From IMG/VR virus record IMGVR_UViG_3300017732_000001: a stretch of 64,000 bases of DNA; one strand, written 5' to 3'. The stretch's first letter is position 1, and every line of letters begins with the position of its first letter. The notes beneath the pieces are model-generated. The model was not told the origin of the DNA, made no database searches, and worked only from the letters and a program-made list of their open reading frames with translations. Origin of the DNA: an uncultured virus (IMG/VR IMGVR_UViG_3300017732_000001). Lineage: Duplodnaviria; Heunggongvirae; Uroviricota; Caudoviricetes. A program made the translations under genes and the position numbers. Positions 51,571 to 61,314 of this stretch are shown piece after piece.

Positions 51571-54351
51571 ATGGCATCTACCCAACTTTCGCCAGGGGTC
51601 GTGGTACTTGAAAAGGATCTGACTACGGTTGCTAACGCAACTCTAGATAATGTGGCAGTGATAGTCGGTTCCTTTGAAAAGGGTCCCGTTAATAAGATTG
51701 TAGACGTAACTAGCGAGAAGGAACTCCTAGCAGTCTTCGGTCGTCCTAACGACTACAACTACGAATACTGGTATTCAGCAGCACAATTCTTACTGTACGG
51801 TGGTACACTTAAGGTTATTCGTGCGAACAGTTCTTCACTTAAGAACGCTATTGACACAGCACAAACTGTTGTCACTACTTTCTCTGGTGCAGATACTACT
51901 CTTACAGTAACAGCAGCGACAGACTTCGCGACAAGCGATCTTCTGTTGATCGACGCTGAAGTTCTTAGAGTGACTAACGTTTCAGGTAATGACCTTACTG
52001 TACAGCGTGGTCAACTTGCAACTGCAGCAACTTCACACGCTGCTGGCGCAAGCATCACCTTGATCGAAGAGTCGGGTAACAGCACCACAATGAACCAAGG
52101 TGGAACCCTTGCTGCTGGTGGTACTACACTGACTATTACTTCATCAGCATCACTTGCTGTTTCTATCAACGATCACCTTTTGGTCTCTGACGAGATTGTC
52201 AAGGTTACAGCGATTGTTGGTAACGATCTAACTGTTGAGCGTGGTAAGTTGGAAACAACTGCTGCTGCACAGACAGACGGACAAACAGTTAAGAGACTTG
52301 TTGTTACAGCAGGTAAGACTACAATCAACGAACAGACCTCAACTGGTGTGTCTGCTCCTTTGGTTAGAAATCTTGAAGAGTATGAAGGTAATGTTGAAGG
52401 CGCTTCTAATAACTGGAAGTTCGCTGCTAGACACCCTGGTCTTTACGGTAACTCTGTAAGAGTTGTAATGACTGACGCTGGTCCTGACCAGATCCTTTCT
52501 CTTGCACAACCTACTACTGCTGAATGGGAATTCCAAACTACAACTAGCGTAACTTACACTGGTGCTAACGCAGGTGCTAAGATTTACGGTTACAGAGTCG
52601 TAGTCACATTGGATTCTGCATCCATCGCAGGCGACTTTGAAAACGGACAATACTGGAGAGCAGAAACTGATGCTGCCTCACCTGTAAGTATTCCTGTTCA
52701 AGGTCAAATTGTTGCTTACGATCCTCTTACAAGAAAGGTCGAGATTGATGTTAACTACTCACTCTCATCTGACGTTCTTGAAGTTGGTGACGTAATCGCT
52801 CTTTGGAGTGCTGAGTCTGGTGGATCCAGAACTGGTGACAAAGGTAAAGTAGATGCAGTCGAAAGACAACTTCTTACTATTACTAATGCATCTAGCGAAG
52901 CATTCGAAGCAAACTATACTGTATCTGACGACAACGTTGCAGGTTCACCTAATGTGAACGTTGCTTCTGTAAGATCAGAATACGACGAAAGATATTTCGG
53001 TGGTTCACAGAAGTGGTCAAACGTTGCTCCTAGACCAAGCACTTCACCTTGGGTTGCGGATCGTGGTGGTTCTAAAGACCAAATGCACATCCTTGTCCTT
53101 GATGGAGATGGCAAACTCACTGGTACACCTGGTGCGGTTCTAGAGAAGTTCCTCTTCGTGTCTAAGTCATCTGACGCAAAAGGCGTTCAGGGCGAGACTG
53201 TGTTCTACAGAGACGTTATTAAAAACATCTCATCCTACGTTTATTGGGGATCACACGAGACTGGCAGTATCTATGATATTGACTCTGGTGCTAACGGTGA
53301 CTTTGGTGGATCTGGTGTTTCAAGACACTTCGACTTGATCAAGCAAGTTGCTGCAATCAAGACTACAGAAACTGCCCTTGGTCGTGAGATCATCGGTACT
53401 GCAAAGGGTTCAACTCTCAGATACTCACTTCAAGGTGGTACTGACGGTTACACACTTTCAAGATCTGAGATCCTTGGTTCATACGATCTAGTTGCTGACA
53501 AAGAAACCATCGATGTAGATTACATCTTGATGGGTCCTTCAATGGCAGACACTAGCGATACAATTGCTAAAGCACAGAAGATCATCGACATCGCTGCAAC
53601 CCGTAAGGATTGCTTGGCATACGTTTCACCTTCACGTAACGACGTGATCGGTCTTAGCGATACCAACGTGATTGTTAACAGATGTATTGATTATTTCAAT
53701 AAACTCTCTAGCACATCATACGCTGTCTTCGATAACAACTATAAGTACATTTACGATAAGTACAACGATAAGTACCGTTACATTCCTTGTAACGCTGACC
53801 TTGCAGGTCTAACACTTAGCGCAACTCTTAATTCAGAAGCGTGGTTCTCACCTGCTGGATTCAACAGAGGACAATTGAGAAACGCAATTAAACTTGCTTA
53901 CTCACCTCTTAAGGATCACAGGGACAGACTATATGCTGCACGTGTAAACCCTGTGGTTGCATTCCCTGGACAAGGCATCGTCCTTTTCGGAGATAAGACT
54001 GCACTTTCTTACCAATCTGCATTCGACAGAATCAACGTTCGTCGCTTGTTCTTGGTTCTTGAAGATGCAATCTCAGTAGCAGCAAAGACACAACTCTTTG
54101 AATTGAATGACGAGTTTACTCGTGCTTCATTCAAGAACATTGTGGAACCTTTCCTCAGATCGGTTCAGTCTCGCAGAGGCATCATCGATTTCTTAGTTGT
54201 TTGCGACAGCAGCAACAACCCACCTGAAAGTATTGACAGAGGAGAATTCTTCGCGGAGATCTTCGTGAAACCTACTCGCTCTATCAACTTCATCACCCTA
54301 ACCTTCACGGCAACTAGAACTGGTTCTAGTTTCGCTGAAGTAACATCCTGA
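51571..54351 (+). CDS. gp18: Tail sheath protein gp18, enlarged (926 aa)
   Basis: LSPGVVVLEKD, FEKGPV, WFSPAGFNRG, GDKT...AFDRINVRRLF, FVKPTRSINFITLTF. Confidence 0.96.
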   Translation: MASTQLSPGVVVLEKDLTTVANATLDNVAVIVGSFEKGPVNKIVDVTSEKELLAVFGRPNDYNYEYWYSAAQFLLYGGTLKVIRANSSSLKNAIDTAQTVVTTFSGADTTLTVTAATDFATSDLLLIDAEVLRVTNVSGNDLTVQRGQLATAATSHAAGASITLIEESGNSTTMNQGGTLAAGGTTLTITSSASLAVSINDHLLVSDEIVKVTAIVGNDLTVERGKLETTAAAQTDGQTVKRLVVTAGKTTINEQTSTGVSAPLVRNLEEYEGNVEGASNNWKFAARHPGLYGNSVRVVMTDAGPDQILSLAQPTTAEWEFQTTTSVTYTGANAGAKIYGYRVVVTLDSASIAGDFENGQYWRAETDAASPVSIPVQGQIVAYDPLTRKVEIDVNYSLSSDVLEVGDVIALWSAESGGSRTGDKGKVDAVERQLLTITNASSEAFEANYTVSDDNVAGSPNVNVASVRSEYDERYFGGSQKWSNVAPRPSTSPWVADRGGSKDQMHILVLDGDGKLTGTPGAVLEKFLFVSKSSDAKGVQGETVFYRDVIKNISSYVYWGSHETGSIYDIDSGANGDFGGSGVSRHFDLIKQVAAIKTTETALGREIIGTAKGSTLRYSLQGGTDGYTLSRSEILGSYDLVADKETIDVDYILMGPSMADTSDTIAKAQKIIDIAATRKDCLAYVSPSRNDVIGLSDTNVIVNRCIDYFNKLSSTSYAVFDNNYKYIYDKYNDKYRYIPCNADLAGLTLSATLNSEAWFSPAGFNRGQLRNAIKLAYSPLKDHRDRLYAARVNPVVAFPGQGIVLFGDKTALSYQSAFDRINVRRLFLVLEDAISVAAKTQLFELNDEFTRASFKNIVEPFLRSVQSRRGIIDFLVVCDSSNNPPESIDRGEFFAEIFVKPTRSINFITLTFTATRTGSSFAEVTS

Positions 54352-54379
54352 TTCAAGAGTCTAACTAGGAGTTAAAACA

Positions 54380-55054
54380 ATGGCAGAACAACAACCAGGA
54401 CAGGTGGAGCAGAGCTCGGTAAGAGCTCCGATCTTCTCCTTCCGAGATCAAGTCAAAGATTTCGCCCGCCCGAATCTATTTCAATGCGAAATCTATGCAC
54501 CCCCAATCCTTCAGGATGGGGTATCACCTCAGTCAGGTGGAGTAGCAGGTTCTTCAGCAGAAGCATCTGAAAACTCCGCTGGTGAGTCACAACTAAACGC
54601 TTCCGAAGCATCCGCATTCGGTACCTTCCTCGTGAAGGCAGCAAACATTCCTGCATCAACAGTTGGTGTTGTGGAAGTTCCTTATAGAGGAAGAATCCTC
54701 AAGGTTGCTGGCGACAGAACATTCGAACCTTGGACCGTTACTGTTCTAAACGATCAGTCATTCAAGATGAGAGCGTTCTTTGAATCTTGGTCAACCAACA
54801 TTCAAGCACTACAGCAGAACTTCCAAAATGCTAACACTATCGCTGATTATCAAGCGATGGCAAAAGTTAGACAGATGGATAGAAAAGGTAAGATCATTCG
54901 TACATACAAGTTCGAAGGTATCTGGCCATCTAACATTTCTGCGATCGATCTTGACTGGGGAACCACAGATACTCCAGAGGAATACACCGTTGAATTCCAA
55001 GTTCAATACTGGACTTATGACAACGATGTCAACACTGGAAACTCAGGCAGTTAA
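54380..55054 (+). CDS. gp19: Tail tube protein gp19
   Basis: ARPNLF, FLVKAANIPAS, VPYRGRILKVAGDRTFEPWTVTVLND, GIWPSNISAIDL. Confidence 0.95.
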   Translation: MAEQQPGQVEQSSVRAPIFSFRDQVKDFARPNLFQCEIYAPPILQDGVSPQSGGVAGSSAEASENSAGESQLNASEASAFGTFLVKAANIPASTVGVVEVPYRGRILKVAGDRTFEPWTVTVLNDQSFKMRAFFESWSTNIQALQQNFQNANTIADYQAMAKVRQMDRKGKIIRTYKFEGIWPSNISAIDLDWGTTDTPEEYTVEFQVQYWTYDNDVNTGNSGS

Positions 55055-55083
55055 TCAGGTCAAATAAAGTTAATTTGAAACCT

Positions 55084-55091
55084 TATAAATA
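55084..55091 (+). promoter_or_regulatory. Late promoter TATAAATA
   Basis: Exact consensus, intergenic, upstream of gp20. Confidence 0.85.
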
Positions 55092-55117
55092 GTTGGGAAG
55101 AAAATTCTAATAATTAG

Positions 55118-56740
55118 ATGTCCCAACTTTTTGGTTATTCTCTTGAACGTGCTAAGAAGGACTCTGCGAAGGGTCCTTCTTTCGTGCGTAAAGAGTCAGA
55201 TGATGCAGCGACACCAGTCTCGGGTGGTGGGTATTTCGGTACTGCAATCGATCTTGATGGAACATACAAAGATGAAAACGATTTAATTCGTCGTTATCGC
55301 GCAATGTCAATTCATCCTGAATGTGATCGCGCTATTGACGATGTAGTAAACGAAGCAATCGCTGGTGAGTTAGATGATAGTCCCGTAGACGTGGAGTTAT
55401 CTAATCTTAAAGTCAGTGGTACTATCAAGAAAAGAATTAGAGAGGAGTTCTTTAACATCCTCCGTCTGCTTGACTTTGACAAGAAAGCATATGATATTTT
55501 CCGTCGCTGGTATATTGACGGGAAGATCTACTATCACAAGATGATTGATACCAAGAACCCTAGAGGTGGTATCACAGAACTAAGATATATTGATCCACGA
55601 AAAATCCGTAAGGTCGTGGAGATGGAGCGTCCTAAGGATAAACAGTTCCAAGATCCAAGGACAATGGAAGCGCAACTTGCTGGCAAGTCTGCAGAGTATT
55701 ATGTTTATAATCCCAAAGGTCTCAGAGCAATGGAAACCTCTGGTATCAAGGTTGCTCCTGATGCAATTGCTTTCGCCCACAGTGGTTTGAAAGATATGAA
55801 CAAGAATGTGATTATGTCACATTTGCACAAGTCAATCAAAGCGCTCAACCAACTAAGGATGATCGAAGATAGTCTTGTTATCTACAGACTATCGAGAGCA
55901 CCAGAACGTAGAATTTTCTACATTGATGTTGGTAATCTCCCTAAGCAAAAAGCAGAACAATATCTCCGTGAGGTAATGTCTCGTTATAGAAACAAATTGG
56001 TCTATAACGCAGACACAGGAGAGATCAGAGATGACAGAAAATTTATGTCAATGCTCGAAGATTTCTGGTTGCCACGTAGAGAAGGTGGAAGAGGAACTGA
56101 GATCACTACTCTCCCAGGTGGACAAAACCTTGGAGAACTTGAGGATGTCAAATACTTCCAGAAGAAACTTTACCGTGCACTCAACGTTCCAGAATCAAGA
56201 CTGGAATCAGAGTCAACCTTTAACCTAGGTCGCGCAGCAGAGATCACACGTGACGAGATTAAGTTCCAAAAGTTCGTAACTCGTTTGCGTAAGAAGTTCT
56301 CTGAACTACTTCACGATCTACTTAAAACTCAACTCATTCTAAAAGGTGTTATCAGCATTGAAGAGTGGGATGAGATGTCAGAGCATATTCAATATGATTT
56401 TATTGCTGACAACTATTTCTCTGAACTAAAAGAGAAAGAGATTCTAACAGAGCGTTTGAATCTTGTTCAATCAATGGATCCTTTCGTTGGTAGATACTTC
56501 TCTGCTGACTATATCCGTCGTCAAATTCTAAGACATACTGAAGCGGAGATCACTGAGATCGACGAACAGATTGAAAAAGAAATTGAAGAAGGTAAGATTC
56601 CTGACCCCGCTTCGATTGATCCTATGACAGGTGAACCGATGGCAGGTGGAATGGGAATGGAAGGTGAAGTCGAGGAAGAAGAAGGTCCAAGCGGTGTCGA
56701 ATCAGTCGCTCCAGCAGACTATAAACGCGGAGAATTCTAA
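55118..56740 (+). CDS. gp20: Portal protein gp20
   Basis: IFRRWYIDG, NQLRMIEDSLVIYRLSRAPERRIFYIDVGNLPK, EDFWLPRREGGRGTEITTLPGGQNLG. Confidence 0.98.
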   Translation: MSQLFGYSLERAKKDSAKGPSFVRKESDDAATPVSGGGYFGTAIDLDGTYKDENDLIRRYRAMSIHPECDRAIDDVVNEAIAGELDDSPVDVELSNLKVSGTIKKRIREEFFNILRLLDFDKKAYDIFRRWYIDGKIYYHKMIDTKNPRGGITELRYIDPRKIRKVVEMERPKDKQFQDPRTMEAQLAGKSAEYYVYNPKGLRAMETSGIKVAPDAIAFAHSGLKDMNKNVIMSHLHKSIKALNQLRMIEDSLVIYRLSRAPERRIFYIDVGNLPKQKAEQYLREVMSRYRNKLVYNADTGEIRDDRKFMSMLEDFWLPRREGGRGTEITTLPGGQNLGELEDVKYFQKKLYRALNVPESRLESESTFNLGRAAEITRDEIKFQKFVTRLRKKFSELLHDLLKTQLILKGVISIEEWDEMSEHIQYDFIADNYFSELKEKEILTERLNLVQSMDPFVGRYFSADYIRRQILRHTEAEITEIDEQIEKEIEEGKIPDPASIDPMTGEPMAGGMGMEGEVEEEEGPSGVESVAPADYKRGEF

Positions 56741-56743
56741 ATA
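56736..56743 (+). promoter_or_regulatory. Late promoter TCTAAATA
   Basis: Overlaps the gp20 stop, upstream of the small prohead gene. Confidence 0.55.
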
Positions 56744-56765
56744 TTATTATACGAGGACATTTATT

Positions 56766-56963
56766 ATGCCATCCATCCAAGCGAAAGAAATTGTCAACAA
56801 ACTTTTTTCTGGGAACAAAGATCTCAGTGGAGAGGTTGATGACGCAATGAAAGCAATGACTGCTAATGCTCTAGAAGCAAAGAAGAAAGAAATTGCAGGT
56901 GATTGGATGAAACCCGAAACTCAAGAGGAACCCACAGATGAAACTGATCACGGAACAGATTGA
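56766..56963 (+). CDS. Small prohead core-like protein (gp67/gp68 position; 65 aa)
   Basis: GAGGA RBS and ATG 56766; MPSIQAKEIVNKLFSG...ALEAKKKEIA; lies between gp20 and gp21. Confidence 0.7.
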   Translation: MPSIQAKEIVNKLFSGNKDLSGEVDDAMKAMTANALEAKKKEIAGDWMKPETQEEPTDETDHGTD

Positions 56964-57588
56964 AGACGTTCAGATCCTTACTGAGGAAAAGAACGGTAAG
57001 AAAAACCTATACATAGAAGGAACATTCCTACAAGGCGAGATCAAAAATCGCAACGGAAGAATGTACCCTATTAATACTCTGGTACGCGAAGTTGCTAAAT
57101 ATAACGAGTCATACGTTAAAAGCGGTCGCGCACTAGGAGAGTTGGGTCATCCCGATGGTCCTACTGTGAACCTTGATCGAGTTTCACATTTGATCACCTC
57201 TCTAGTTCAAGAAGGTAATAACTTTAAGGGCAGAGCAAGAATCCTAGATACCCCTATGGGGAACATTACACGTTCACTTTTAGATGAAGGTGTGAAACTA
57301 GGCGTTTCATCTCGTGGTATTGGATCACTCCAAGAAACAAGAGATGGATCGAAAGTCGTTGCTGATGATTTTATGTTAGCAACTGCAGCAGATATTGTTG
57401 CTGATCCCTCAGCACCAGATGCTTTTGTTAATGGAATTATGGAAGGCAAAGAATGGGTCTGGAACAACGGACTTATGCAAGAGTCTGAAATTGCCACTAT
57501 GAAGAAGCAAATCGACAACGCTGCTAATCTCAAGGTACTTGAAGAGCGGAAAATTTCCGCGTTTTCAAATTTTCTAAATACCCTGTGA
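56938..57588 (+). CDS. gp21: Prohead protease gp21
   Basis: MKLITE, NRNGRMYP, ALGELGHP, LGVSSRGIGS, ADIVADPSAPDAFV. Confidence 0.97.
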   Translation: MKLITEQIEDVQILTEEKNGKKNLYIEGTFLQGEIKNRNGRMYPINTLVREVAKYNESYVKSGRALGELGHPDGPTVNLDRVSHLITSLVQEGNNFKGRARILDTPMGNITRSLLDEGVKLGVSSRGIGSLQETRDGSKVVADDFMLATAADIVADPSAPDAFVNGIMEGKEWVWNNGLMQESEIATMKKQIDNAANLKVLEERKISAFSNFLNTL

Positions 57589-57589
57589 T

Positions 57590-57597
57590 TATAAATA
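57590..57597 (+). promoter_or_regulatory. Late promoter TATAAATA
   Basis: Exact consensus upstream of gp22, which has an AAGGAG RBS. Confidence 0.85.
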
Positions 57598-57636
57598 TTT
57601 TTACGAATAGCAAAGACTACTAAGGAGACAACTCTA

Positions 57637-58626
57637 ATGTCACAAGAGAATGAAGTAATGGCATCCGAAGAAAAGCAAGTCACCGAAGCAAAATTCGACG
57701 GTGCTGTTGCTGATGGTTCTTCTTTGGGTGGCGTTGAGAATCTCGGAGGTCCTACACCTCAGAACTCAAAACCTGATGATGAGTCTAACAAACTGAAGAC
57801 TCCATCACAAACACAGGCAGCATCACCTAAGACAAAACCTTCTGCAGCATCACCTCAGAAGGCAGAATCAGTGGAAGCAGAAAACGCTGAAGGCGAAGAT
57901 CTTATTGAGATCGACCTTTCTGCTGACGTTGCCGCTCTTACAGAAGGCGAAGATCTTTCTGAAGAGTTCAAAGAAAAAGCAGCGACTATCTTCGAAGCCG
58001 CTGTTGTATCACGCCTCAACGAGGAACTTGACCGTGTTCATAAGGAATACGCAGGTACACTTTCTGAGGAAGTCGAAGCAGTTAAGACCACACTTGCTGA
58101 GCAAGTAGACGAGTATCTAACTTACGCTACTCAGCAGTGGATCGACGCCAACCAACTCGCAGTTGAAACTGGTCTCAAAGCAGAGATCGCTGAGAGCGTG
58201 GTTGCAGGTCTCAAAAAAGTTTTCGTCGAGAACCACATTGAGGTTCCCGAGGAGAAGGCAGACATCATTACTGATATGGTGACTGAACTTGATCAGATGG
58301 AAGCAAAACTCAACGAACAAATTGATAAGAACGTTGACCTTACACACCAAGTGGCAGGTTTTCGTAAGAATGGAATCGTGACTGAGATCGCAGAAGGTCT
58401 CGCCCAAACCGAGAAAGAGAAACTTGGAAGTCTCTCAGAAGGTGTTGAGTTTAAAGATGAAGAGTCATTCCGCAGCAAAATTGAAACTCTCAAGGAGTCA
58501 TATTTTAGCAGCAAACCACAAACTGCATCTGAAACGATTGCCGAAGATGTTCAACCAGTTGTGGAAACAGATATGTCTGATTCAATGTCCAAGTACGTTG
58601 ACGCTATCAGACGCTGGACTAAGTGA
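57637..58626 (+). CDS. gp22: Prohead scaffold protein gp22
   Basis: Acidic coiled coil with LSEEFKEKAATIFEAAV, VDEYLTY and KIETLKESYF. Confidence 0.95.
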   Translation: MSQENEVMASEEKQVTEAKFDGAVADGSSLGGVENLGGPTPQNSKPDDESNKLKTPSQTQAASPKTKPSAASPQKAESVEAENAEGEDLIEIDLSADVAALTEGEDLSEEFKEKAATIFEAAVVSRLNEELDRVHKEYAGTLSEEVEAVKTTLAEQVDEYLTYATQQWIDANQLAVETGLKAEIAESVVAGLKKVFVENHIEVPEEKADIITDMVTELDQMEAKLNEQIDKNVDLTHQVAGFRKNGIVTEIAEGLAQTEKEKLGSLSEGVEFKDEESFRSKIETLKESYFSSKPQTASETIAEDVQPVVETDMSDSMSKYVDAIRRWTK

Positions 58627-58675
58627 TTTTAGTCATTAAACTATTTTTTCTATAACCCCAAAGAGGTAAAAAGCA

Positions 58676-60043
58676 ATGTTCAAATCCGAACATCTGCAGG
58701 AGAAGTGGTCACCCGTTCTTAATTGTGAGGGTCTTGATTCCATCAAGGACAACTACAAGAAAGCGGTCACCGCAATTCTGCTCGAAAACCAAGAATCATT
58801 TTTAAGAGAAGAAGCAGGCATCCTTAACGAAGCTGCTCCTACAAACTCTTCTGGATCCACTTCAGGCGCTGCAGGTTTCTCTGCAGGTGCTACAGCAACT
58901 GGTCCTGTTGCAGGTTTCGACCCAGTTCTAATCTCATTGATTAGACGTTCAATGCCTAAGCTTATTGCTTATGACATTGCTGGTGTTCAACCTATGACTG
59001 GTCCTACTGGTCTGATCTTCGCAATGAGATCTAGATACGGTACTAACAGAGCATCTGGTTCTGAAGCGTTCTTCAACGAATCAGATTCACAGTTCTCTGG
59101 AACTGACGCAGCACAGACTTCTGGTTTCGGATCACAAGGATCTGCACAAGCAGGTTCAAACCCAGGTCTTCTTAACGACTCTGGTACATATACCAACGGT
59201 ACAGGAATGAGAACCGATGAGTCAGAGACTCTAGGTACTGGTTCTAATGCCTTCGCTGAAATGAACTTCAGCATTGAGAAAGTTACTGTGACTGCGAAGT
59301 CCAGAGCACTCAAGGCAGAGTACAGTTTGGAACTTGCTCAAGATCTTAAGGCAGTTCACGGATTGGACGCTGAATCTGAGTTGGCAAACATCTTGTCTAC
59401 TGAGGTTCTTGCTGAAATCAACCGTGAAGTTGTTCGTACTGTGTACAAGGTTGCAAGACCTGGTTCTCAGCCAAACACTGCAACTGCTGGTGTATTCGAT
59501 CTTGACGTTGACTCCAACGGTAGATGGTCTGTAGAGAAGTTCAAAGGTCTTCTTTTCAACATCGAAAGAGATATGAACGCGATTGGTCACGAGACTAGAC
59601 GCGGGAAGGGTAACATCTTGATCTGTTCTGCTGACGTTGCATCTGCATTGTCAATGGCAGGCGTTCTTGATTATACTCCTGCTCTTGCTGGCAACAGTGG
59701 ACTACTTCCTGACGACAATAGCAGCACTCTTGCTGGTACGTTGAACGGTAGAATCAAGGTTTATGTTGACCCATATTCTGCAAACGTAAGTGACAGACAC
59801 TTCTACGTTGCTGGATACAAAGGTAGTTCTGCATATGATGCTGGACTGTTCTACTGCCCATACGTTCCTCTTCAGATGGTTCGTGCGGTTGGTCAGGACA
59901 CCTTCCAACCAAAAATTGGATTTAAGACAAGATACGGTCTTGTTGCAAACCCATTTGCTGAAGGTACAACTCAAGGTAGCGGTGCTCTTACTGCTAACGC
60001 TAACCGTTACTACAGACGTAGTTTGGTTGACAACCTTATGTAA
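58676..60043 (+). CDS. gp23: Major capsid protein gp23
   Basis: LQEKWSPVL, FDPVLISLIRRSMP, GVQPMTGPTGLIFAMRSRY, AKSRALKAEYSLELAQDLKAVHGLDAE, FYCPYVPL, FQPKIGFKTRYG. Confidence 0.99.
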   Translation: MFKSEHLQEKWSPVLNCEGLDSIKDNYKKAVTAILLENQESFLREEAGILNEAAPTNSSGSTSGAAGFSAGATATGPVAGFDPVLISLIRRSMPKLIAYDIAGVQPMTGPTGLIFAMRSRYGTNRASGSEAFFNESDSQFSGTDAAQTSGFGSQGSAQAGSNPGLLNDSGTYTNGTGMRTDESETLGTGSNAFAEMNFSIEKVTVTAKSRALKAEYSLELAQDLKAVHGLDAESELANILSTEVLAEINREVVRTVYKVARPGSQPNTATAGVFDLDVDSNGRWSVEKFKGLLFNIERDMNAIGHETRRGKGNILICSADVASALSMAGVLDYTPALAGNSGLLPDDNSSTLAGTLNGRIKVYVDPYSANVSDRHFYVAGYKGSSAYDAGLFYCPYVPLQMVRAVGQDTFQPKIGFKTRYGLVANPFAEGTTQGSGALTANANRYYRRSLVDNLM

Positions 60044-60067
60044 GCGATCGCTTATATTTGTTTACTC

Positions 60068-60094
60068 AAAGGACCCTACGGGGTCCTTTTTTTT
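60068..60094 (+). terminator. Rho-independent terminator after gp23
   Basis: AAAGGACCC-TACG-GGGTCCTTT hairpin (cUACGg tetraloop) followed by a T8 tract. Confidence 0.92.
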
Positions 60095-60103
60095 GTGTCC
60101 ACA

Positions 60104-60111
60104 CCTAAATA
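60104..60111 (+). promoter_or_regulatory. Late promoter CCTAAATA
   Basis: Directly after the terminator, 20 nt before ATG 60132. Confidence 0.6.
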
Positions 60112-60131
60112 TATCAGTACGAGTAAGAACA

Positions 60132-60296
60132 ATGTCTAGGAACTTCGTCACTAAAGAAGACATAAATGTCCGAGTTCTAAAACTAAAAACTGAAATTATC
60201 GATAAGAAGTATAAAGAGGAATCGGAAGAATGGGAGGAGGGTGCACATTTTATGCTCAATAGTGTTATCGATATACTGCAAGAGTATCGTGGATAA
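60132..60296 (+). CDS. Small hypothetical protein (54 aa)
   Basis: MSRNFVTKEDINVRVLKLK...GAHFMLNSVIDILQEYRG; real start is ATG 60132, downstream of the terminator. Confidence 0.75.
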   Translation: MSRNFVTKEDINVRVLKLKTEIIDKKYKEESEEWEEGAHFMLNSVIDILQEYRG

Positions 60297-60299
60297 ATA
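60292..60299 (+). promoter_or_regulatory. Late promoter GATAAATA
   Basis: NATAAATA upstream of gp3. Confidence 0.65.
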
Positions 60300-60327
60300 G
60301 AATTGGCGGAACCCAATCATTTAGATA

Positions 60328-60888
60328 ATGTCTTTTCAAACGCAAATAAGCAATAGGAATTTCCTCAGTCCAGGTGGGTTTCGCTTCACTCTGGCAAAGT
60401 ATCCTAAGGTCGCATACTTCGCACAGATGGCAAACGTACCAAACATCTCTATGAGTTTGGTTGAGCAACCTACACCATTCAGAAGCACCTACCTTGAAGG
60501 TACTCTCGACTATGGTCGTTTCAATCTACAGTTTCTTGTAGATGAAAGTATGGAGAACTATTTGATCCTCCATAACTGGATGCGTGGTCTAGCAGTTCCA
60601 GAGAGGTTCGAAGAACGTCAGCAGATGATCGACGCAACTCCTGAGAACAACGTCAAAGGTTTAGGTGATGATCTTATCTTTGCTGACGGTACACTGACTA
60701 TCCTCAACTCTAACTTCCAACCTCTATACAATGTCGTCTTCACGAACTTGAAACCAGTGGAACTTAGTACACTAGAGTTTGACGGTACACTTAGTGACCA
60801 AGAATATTTCCAATCAATCGTATCATTCGATTACCTATCATACGAGATCCAAGCAATCGACGGTGGTAGAAAGAAAAATTTATCTTAA
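60328..60888 (+). CDS. gp3: Tail completion / sheath stabilizer gp3
   Basis: NRNFLSPGGFRF...PKVAYF...FLVDESMENYLILHNWMRGL...DGTLTILNSN. Confidence 0.9.
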   Translation: MSFQTQISNRNFLSPGGFRFTLAKYPKVAYFAQMANVPNISMSLVEQPTPFRSTYLEGTLDYGRFNLQFLVDESMENYLILHNWMRGLAVPERFEERQQMIDATPENNVKGLGDDLIFADGTLTILNSNFQPLYNVVFTNLKPVELSTLEFDGTLSDQEYFQSIVSFDYLSYEIQAIDGGRKKNLS

Positions 60889-60891
60889 TTT

Positions 60892-61314
60892 ATGGCATTA
60901 CTTGAAGAGTTGCAGGAGTCCTGGTCTAAGGACTCTATTTTTAATGAAGCAGATTTGGGCAACGAGTCCTTGCAAATAGCAAGTTTACATCAGAAGTACC
61001 ACATCTATTACAACAAATACAAATTAATTCTTGAGGATGAGAAATGTAAACTCAAGAGATGTTACCGTGAGAAGTGGTTATGGTATAGCGGAAAGAAAAC
61101 AGACGAGAACAATCAAGTCTTTGATCTCAAAGTGCTTAAGGGTGATCTAAGTACCTTCCTAGATTCTGATGAAGATATTCAGAAGCAAGGTTTGAGAGTA
61201 ACTTATTTCGAAACTTGTATAAATTATATTGAGAACATCTTAAAGATGATCAACAATCGTGGATTCCAAGTGAAGAACGCGATTGATGCAAAGCGGTTTG
61301 AATTCCCTATCTAA
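60892..61314 (+). CDS. uvsY: Recombination mediator UvsY
   Basis: WSKDSIF...ESLQIASLHQKY...YSGK...INNRGFQVKNAID; lies between gp3 and uvsW. Confidence 0.88.
   Translation: MALLEELQESWSKDSIFNEADLGNESLQIASLHQKYHIYYNKYKLILEDEKCKLKRCYREKWLWYSGKKTDENNQVFDLKVLKGDLSTFLDSDEDIQKQGLRVTYFETCINYIENILKMINNRGFQVKNAIDAKRFEFPI

Noticed and set aside
56631..56963. 110-aa ORF start inside gp20
   Set aside because: The RBS and late promoter support ATG 56766 instead.
57546..57566. Hairpin GCGGAAA-A-TTTCCGC followed by GTTTT near the gp21 3' end
   Set aside because: It lies inside the gp21 coding sequence with a weak U-tract, which is not enough support for a terminator call.
59790..60296. 168-aa ORF overlapping the gp23 3' end
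   Set aside because: It would span the gp23 terminator. The credible gene is the 54-aa ORF from ATG 60132, behind its own promoter.
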